This document shows, piece after piece, positions 27,486 to 32,000 of a stretch of 32,000 nt of DNA. The notes under the pieces were generated by a model. It worked only from the letters and a program-made list of their open reading frames with translations. It was not told the origin of the DNA and made no database searches. The position numbers and the translations under genes were made by a program. How positions within the stretch are numbered: position 1 is the stretch's first letter; every line of letters starts with the position of its first letter. The stretch covers positions 1,230,001-1,262,000 of the forward strand of contig NC_009776.1 of assembly GCF_000017945.1 (NCBI RefSeq), read 5' to 3'. This stretch comes from Ignicoccus hospitalis KIN4/I. Lineage in GTDB: Archaea > Thermoproteota > Thermoprotei_A > Sulfolobales > Ignicoccaceae.

Positions 27486-27591
27486 TCCGAGGTTTCCCGA
27501 CACCCACGCGCCGGCCTCTGTTTTATTGTAGTACGGTTAACGCCACTCATAAAGGATCATTGAGGGGAGTTGGGTCGGGGGCGCACAACCC

Positions 27592-27936
27592 ATGGTAGAT
27601 TTGGACAAGGTTCGAGAAGCTATTAGGAGATTTAATGAGAAATACGGAGCAGAGAGCGAGTTGATTGAGGTAAAGAACGATGAGATAGTTGTCCACGTTA
27701 AGGGTCACATATGCTTCACGTGCGGGGCGTACGACTACTTCGAGGACTTAGCTTTTGAATTGAGCGACGTGCTAGGGAGGGAGTACGCCGTGGCCGAAGA
27801 GAAACAGTTGGAAGACGGCACGTACATCGTTCGCTACTTGCCCGCCGAGAAGGTCGATAAGGTCGTGAGAGAAGCCATGATTGTTATTTATGACAACGTG
27901 GAGAAGCTCCGATTGGAAATTCCTAAGAGGGGATAA
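27592..27936 (+). CDS. Small hypothetical protein with C-x2-C motif
   Basis: 114-aa ORF containing VHVKGHICFTCGAYDYFEDLAFELSDVLG; 5 bp before the next gene on the same strand. Confidence 0.6.
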   Translation: MVDLDKVREAIRRFNEKYGAESELIEVKNDEIVVHVKGHICFTCGAYDYFEDLAFELSDVLGREYAVAEEKQLEDGTYIVRYLPAEKVDKVVREAMIVIYDNVEKLRLEIPKRG

Positions 27937-27941
27937 GACCC

Positions 27942-28544
27942 TTGGGGAACGTGCGCGACGTAATATTAATGACATTATTGGTCACGCCGAGCGGGGCCTT
28001 CAGTCCGGGCCTCCTCTCAGCCAGCGCGGTGGCGGCGGGAGCGGGTAGCGGCGTCTTAGGGGGGATTGCAGTAGCGACCGGGCACGTACTCTTCGAACTC
28101 CCTTACGTCTTCTTGTTAACTAAGACTTTGGGGAAGGTTAAGAATGTCTTAGATAAGTACAATAAAGTCCTAGCTCTGGTGGTTTTCGCCTTCGCGCTGT
28201 TCTTCGCAAAAGGACTCTTGGAGAGCCCCGACATGCCGAAGGTTACTGTCAACGATGCTCTGATGGCGGGGTTTGTCTTCACAGCGTTTAACGCCTACTT
28301 CTTGTTGTGGTGGGTAACAGTAGGCCTCCCGCTGGTCGAGGCCGCGTCGCTGAGCACAACCACCTTCGTTGCTATGTACTTATCGCACGTGTGGATGGAT
28401 TACGTCTGGTTAGCTGCGCTGGCGGCTTTGGGTGGCAGCGTGGCCAACTTCACTCTAATAAATTACATACTGGCAGCCTTGTTAATGCTCTTCGCCGTAG
28501 ACGTAGTCACGAAGAGCTTTTTTGGAAAAGGTATTTTGCCGTGA
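27942..28544 (+). CDS. LysE/RhtB-type membrane transporter
   Basis: Six hydrophobic segments; TPSGAFSPGLLSASAVAAGAGSGVLGGIAVATGHVLFELPYVFLL typical of the LysE family N-terminus. Confidence 0.65.
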   Translation: MGNVRDVILMTLLVTPSGAFSPGLLSASAVAAGAGSGVLGGIAVATGHVLFELPYVFLLTKTLGKVKNVLDKYNKVLALVVFAFALFFAKGLLESPDMPKVTVNDALMAGFVFTAFNAYFLLWWVTVGLPLVEAASLSTTTFVAMYLSHVWMDYVWLAALAALGGSVANFTLINYILAALLMLFAVDVVTKSFFGKGILP

Positions 28545-28599
28545 AGCCCGGGGATGACGTCTAGCTGGATTGGCTGAAGGGGATGATGACGGTTTCGGG

Positions 28600-31500
28600 T
28601 CATGACCCTAACAATTCACCATATTCCTTTATCTCGAGTCGGGCCGGGTCCAACGCGCCGTACTTCTCGTAAACCTTGATGAAGGCCTTTGACAGCTCAG
28701 CACCTAAGTAGGAGTTAAGTACCAAGGGTACATTCATGTCCACTGCAGTTCTTCTGACCACGTAGTCCACGCTCCTATTGCTCCCTGAAGTGATTACTAA
28801 GCCTATTTCCCTTTTAACCAACATTTCTTTTATCTTTGATGAATCGTAGGGCTCATAGCCCTTTACCTCCACTCCTTCTAGCGTTATCACGTGGTACCCC
28901 AACTCGGACATCGCGTCAGCTGCCTCCTTCGCCTTAGTCCTGTCTTCATCAAAGACCTCGAGGGAGTAAACTAACACTTTCTTGTCCTTGTTGGGTATAT
29001 CGTTGGGCACTGCCGACAGCCATGATAATATTAACGCGTCCTCGTAACTCCTCGAGAACGCCGCCACCTCCCCCGTGGAGCGCATCTCGGGACCCAAGTC
29101 CGGGTAAGCCCCCTTGAGTTGGGTCCAACTGAACTGGGGCGACTTGACTCCCCATACCTTGGTCGGGGGGACGTACACGCCTTCTCCCAACCCCAAGGTT
29201 CCCTCTACCACGACCTTCGCTGAGAGCTCCATCAGGTTGACGTTCCTAGACTTGCTGGAGAAGGGCATACTCCTACTCGCCCTCAAGTTCAGCTCTATCA
29301 CGTATGGGTCGTTGTTCTTTACTAAGAACTGGATATTGAACGGGCCCCTTATTTCCAGCTCTCTAGCTAAGGTTAACGAGATGTCTAGCATCTTGTTTAC
29401 TACCTCGTCCTCCAGCCTCGCTGGCGTGACCATCGTAGAGTCCCCAGAGTGAACGCCGGCCGGCTCCACGTGGCTTAAGGGAACTGCCACTACGCTTGCC
29501 GAGTCGGAGACCGCGTCCACCTCGGCTTCCCTAGCGCCCACGAAGAACTCCGACACCACCACCGGGTGCTCCCTGCTCACTTCACTCGCTTTCCTCACGA
29601 ACTCTACTAACTCTTCCCAGCTCCACACCACCTTCATCGCGGAGCCGCTTAGAACGTAGCTGGGCCTAACAATTACAGGAAATCCGACTTCATCGACGAA
29701 CTTCTTGAGCTCCTCCATACTAGAAGCGCTGACCCACCTAGGCTGTTTGATGTTAAGTTTATCTAACAAGTCGCTGAACTTCTTCCTGTCCTCCGCCGTG
29801 TCCACGCTCCTCCCGGGTGTCCCCAGTAAGGGAACGCCCAGCGCCTCTATCTTCTTGTATATTTTGTTGGCTATCTGACCCCCGGCGAACGCTATTACGC
29901 CCCACGGCCTTTCTTTCTCAACTACCTTGTAGACCGTCTCCTCCGTTATCTCTTCGAAGTATAGCTTATCGCTCTCGTCCCAATCGGTCGACACGGTCTC
30001 GGGGTTGTAGTTGAGCGTTATCACTTCTTCGGCGCCGTACTTTCTTAACGACCTAACTAACGATACCACGGCCCAATCAAATTCTACTGAGATCCCTATC
30101 TTGAAGACTCCCGCTCCGAGTACCATAGTCTTGTACCTCTTGTCTGTGAATTTCACGTCATCCTCAGTGCCGTCATAAGTCAAGTACAAGTAGTTAGTTA
30201 CCGCGGGCCACTCCGCCGCTAGGGTGTCTATCCTCTTAACCTTAGGTAATAGACCAGTCCTTATATCCACCTTCAGTTCCTTGTCACTGAAGCCAAGTAT
30301 CTTCGAATACTCGTAGTCGGCAGCGCTTCTTTCGATCTCTTTCTTCTGTTCTACCACTTCTTTTATCCAATGTAAGAAGTACTTGTCTACCCCATACGCC
30401 TCGTGTACCTCGTCCAGCGTGGCCCCTTCGTATATCGCCTTAGCAGCGTACAGGGGCCAATACGGCTCCCTCTTCCGGAGCTTTTCTAAGGCCTCCTCCT
30501 TACTCTTTACCTTTATTGGCTCAAAGTCTGTTATCCCCTCCACCCCTATGTCTAACATCCTAAAGGCCTTCTGGAGGGCCTCTGCAACGTTCCTACCAAT
30601 CGCCATTACCTCCCCTACACTCTTCATCTCGCTGTCGAGACTTTTTTCAACGCCTTCGAATTTATCCAAATCCCACCTTGGAACCTTAATCACGACGTAG
30701 TCTAAACTGGGTTCGAAGCAAGCACACGTGGCACCGGTGACTTTGTTCAGGATTTCCCAAAGTTTGTAGCCCAGCGCCAGTTTCGCAGCGACGTACGCCA
30801 ACGGATATCCGGTAGCCTTGCTCGCTAGGGCGCTCGACCTACTCATCCTGGGGTTCGTCTCTATAACGTAATAAGTCTCGCCGCGCGGGTCGAGGGCCAG
30901 CTGGACGTTCCCTTCCCCAACTAATCCAATGACTTCTGCCACCCTAATTGAGGCATCTCTCAATATCTGGTACTCTCTGTTGGTTAACGTCTGACAAGGC
31001 GCTATCACCACTGAGTCGCCCGTGTGGACCCCCATGGGATCTAAGTTCTCTAAGCACGCCACAGCTACCGAATTGTTGTATGCATCCCTAACCACCTCAA
31101 ATTCTATCTCCTTCCAATGGTGGAGGTACTTCTCTACCAGCACTCTCCCGACCGCGCTCTGCGCGAAAGCCCTCACGACCCACTTCTCGAGTTCTCTTCT
31201 ATTCCATGCAATGAAGCTGCCCTTACCGCCCAAGGTGAACGCTATCCTCACTATTACCGGATATCCCAACCTTTCCGCTATCTCCAACGCTTCGTCCACA
31301 TTACTCGCCGCCTCGCTAGGGGGCATTGGGATTCCGTTTTCCTTCATAGTCTTGGCAAACAGAGTCTTGTCGGTGGCTTTCTTTATACCCTCTATGGGCG
31401 TTCCTATCACCTTCACGCCGTACTTCTGCAAGACGCCGCTTTCCCAGAGCTCCACCCCTAACGTGAGGGCCGTCTGTCCGCCGAAGCCTATGAGTATGCC

Positions 31501-31743
31501 GTCGGGCCTCTCGGCCTCAATTATTTTTTCTAGTATGTCCCTCCTCAGCGGAACGAAGTACAACTTGTCGCTCATCTCTTTGGTGGTTTGAACTGTCGCC
31601 ACGTTAGGGTTTACTAGTATGGTTTCTATACCTTCCTCGCGGAGGGCCTTCAGCGCTTGGCTCGTGCTATAATCGAACTCGGCCGCCTCGCCTATCTTGA
31701 TTGCGCCGGAGCCTATAATCAAAACGCTCCTCAAGTCGTTCAT
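28600..31743 (-). CDS. carB: Carbamoyl-phosphate synthase large subunit
   Basis: LIIGSGAIKIGEAAEFDYSTSQALKALREEG, duplicated ATP-grasp domains, ETNPRMSRSSALASKATGYPLA, ELNLRASRSMPFSSK. Confidence 0.97.
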   Translation of the reverse strand: MNDLRSVLIIGSGAIKIGEAAEFDYSTSQALKALREEGIETILVNPNVATVQTTKEMSDKLYFVPLRRDILEKIIEAERPDGILIGFGGQTALTLGVELWESGVLQKYGVKVIGTPIEGIKKATDKTLFAKTMKENGIPMPPSEAASNVDEALEIAERLGYPVIVRIAFTLGGKGSFIAWNRRELEKWVVRAFAQSAVGRVLVEKYLHHWKEIEFEVVRDAYNNSVAVACLENLDPMGVHTGDSVVIAPCQTLTNREYQILRDASIRVAEVIGLVGEGNVQLALDPRGETYYVIETNPRMSRSSALASKATGYPLAYVAAKLALGYKLWEILNKVTGATCACFEPSLDYVVIKVPRWDLDKFEGVEKSLDSEMKSVGEVMAIGRNVAEALQKAFRMLDIGVEGITDFEPIKVKSKEEALEKLRKREPYWPLYAAKAIYEGATLDEVHEAYGVDKYFLHWIKEVVEQKKEIERSAADYEYSKILGFSDKELKVDIRTGLLPKVKRIDTLAAEWPAVTNYLYLTYDGTEDDVKFTDKRYKTMVLGAGVFKIGISVEFDWAVVSLVRSLRKYGAEEVITLNYNPETVSTDWDESDKLYFEEITEETVYKVVEKERPWGVIAFAGGQIANKIYKKIEALGVPLLGTPGRSVDTAEDRKKFSDLLDKLNIKQPRWVSASSMEELKKFVDEVGFPVIVRPSYVLSGSAMKVVWSWEELVEFVRKASEVSREHPVVVSEFFVGAREAEVDAVSDSASVVAVPLSHVEPAGVHSGDSTMVTPARLEDEVVNKMLDISLTLARELEIRGPFNIQFLVKNNDPYVIELNLRASRSMPFSSKSRNVNLMELSAKVVVEGTLGLGEGVYVPPTKVWGVKSPQFSWTQLKGAYPDLGPEMRSTGEVAAFSRSYEDALILSWLSAVPNDIPNKDKKVLVYSLEVFDEDRTKAKEAADAMSELGYHVITLEGVEVKGYEPYDSSKIKEMLVKREIGLVITSGSNRSVDYVVRRTAVDMNVPLVLNSYLGAELSKAFIKVYEKYGALDPARLEIKEYGELLGS

Positions 31744-32000
31744 TGAGCCTTCACCTCAGAGGCGAACTTGTCGAAAATCCACAAGGTGTCGTGAGGACCC
31801 GGGGAGGATTCTGGGTGGAACTGGACGCTGAAAACTGGCCTCTTCGGGTCCTTGCTTATCACCCCCTCGAGGGTGTTGTCATCAGGGTTCACGAACCACT
31901 TCCTAAACTTTACGTTGTCTATAGTTTTCGGGTCCACCGCGTATCCGTGGTTCTCGCTAACTATGAAGCACCTCCCCTCTGAGTCCTTGACGGGCTTGTT
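31740..32000 (-). CDS. carA: Carbamoyl-phosphate synthase small subunit, C-terminal part (5' portion outside window)
   Basis: Frame reads NKPVKDSEGRCFIVSENHGYAVDPKTID...RPVFSVQFHPESSPGPHDTLWIFDKF; glutaminase signature QFHPESSPGPHD. ATGA overlap with carB. Confidence 0.93.
   Translation of the reverse strand, partial: NKPVKDSEGRCFIVSENHGYAVDPKTIDNVKFRKWFVNPDDNTLEGVISKDPKRPVFSVQFHPESSPGPHDTLWIFDKFASEVKAQ

Noticed and set aside
1-32000. CRISPR arrays, transposases, integrases, prophage or plasmid genes
   Set aside because: No regularly spaced direct repeats and no mobile-element protein motifs were seen; the two tRNA-Ser genes are not flanked by an integrase or attachment duplication.

Overview
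The window is compact, gene-dense archaeal DNA, best matched to a hyperthermophilic crenarchaeon (Desulfurococcales-like; inference only). Evidence: aEF-2, Rad50 with zinc hook, RIO2 kinase, DUF460 and DUF61 families, archaeal TATA boxes, frequent GTG/TTG starts, and a BHB-spliced tRNA intron. About 25 protein genes and three tRNA genes are supported: Ser-UGA, Ile-GAU and Ser-CGA with a 27-nt intron. I see no rRNA, CRISPR array, transposon or prophage. The most interesting regions are: (1) a periplasmic-nitrate-reductase-like locus (NapD-like, a ~1260-aa NapA with extra cysteines, NapG, NapH) with no NapB/NapC, and a perfect 18-bp palindrome just upstream of napG; (2) a 621-aa KamA-family radical SAM enzyme that appears to carry the Lys/Asn pair of glutamate 2,3-aminomutase instead of the two lysine-binding Asp residues, plus a ~205-aa N-terminal extension; (3) a small TFIIB-like protein with an apparently degenerate zinc ribbon; (4) a ParA/MinD-like protein with a degenerate Walker A; (5) a cascade of same-strand genes with long overlaps; (6) an unexplained 225-bp convergent intergenic region. 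All homology statements come from recognising motifs by eye; no searches were run.
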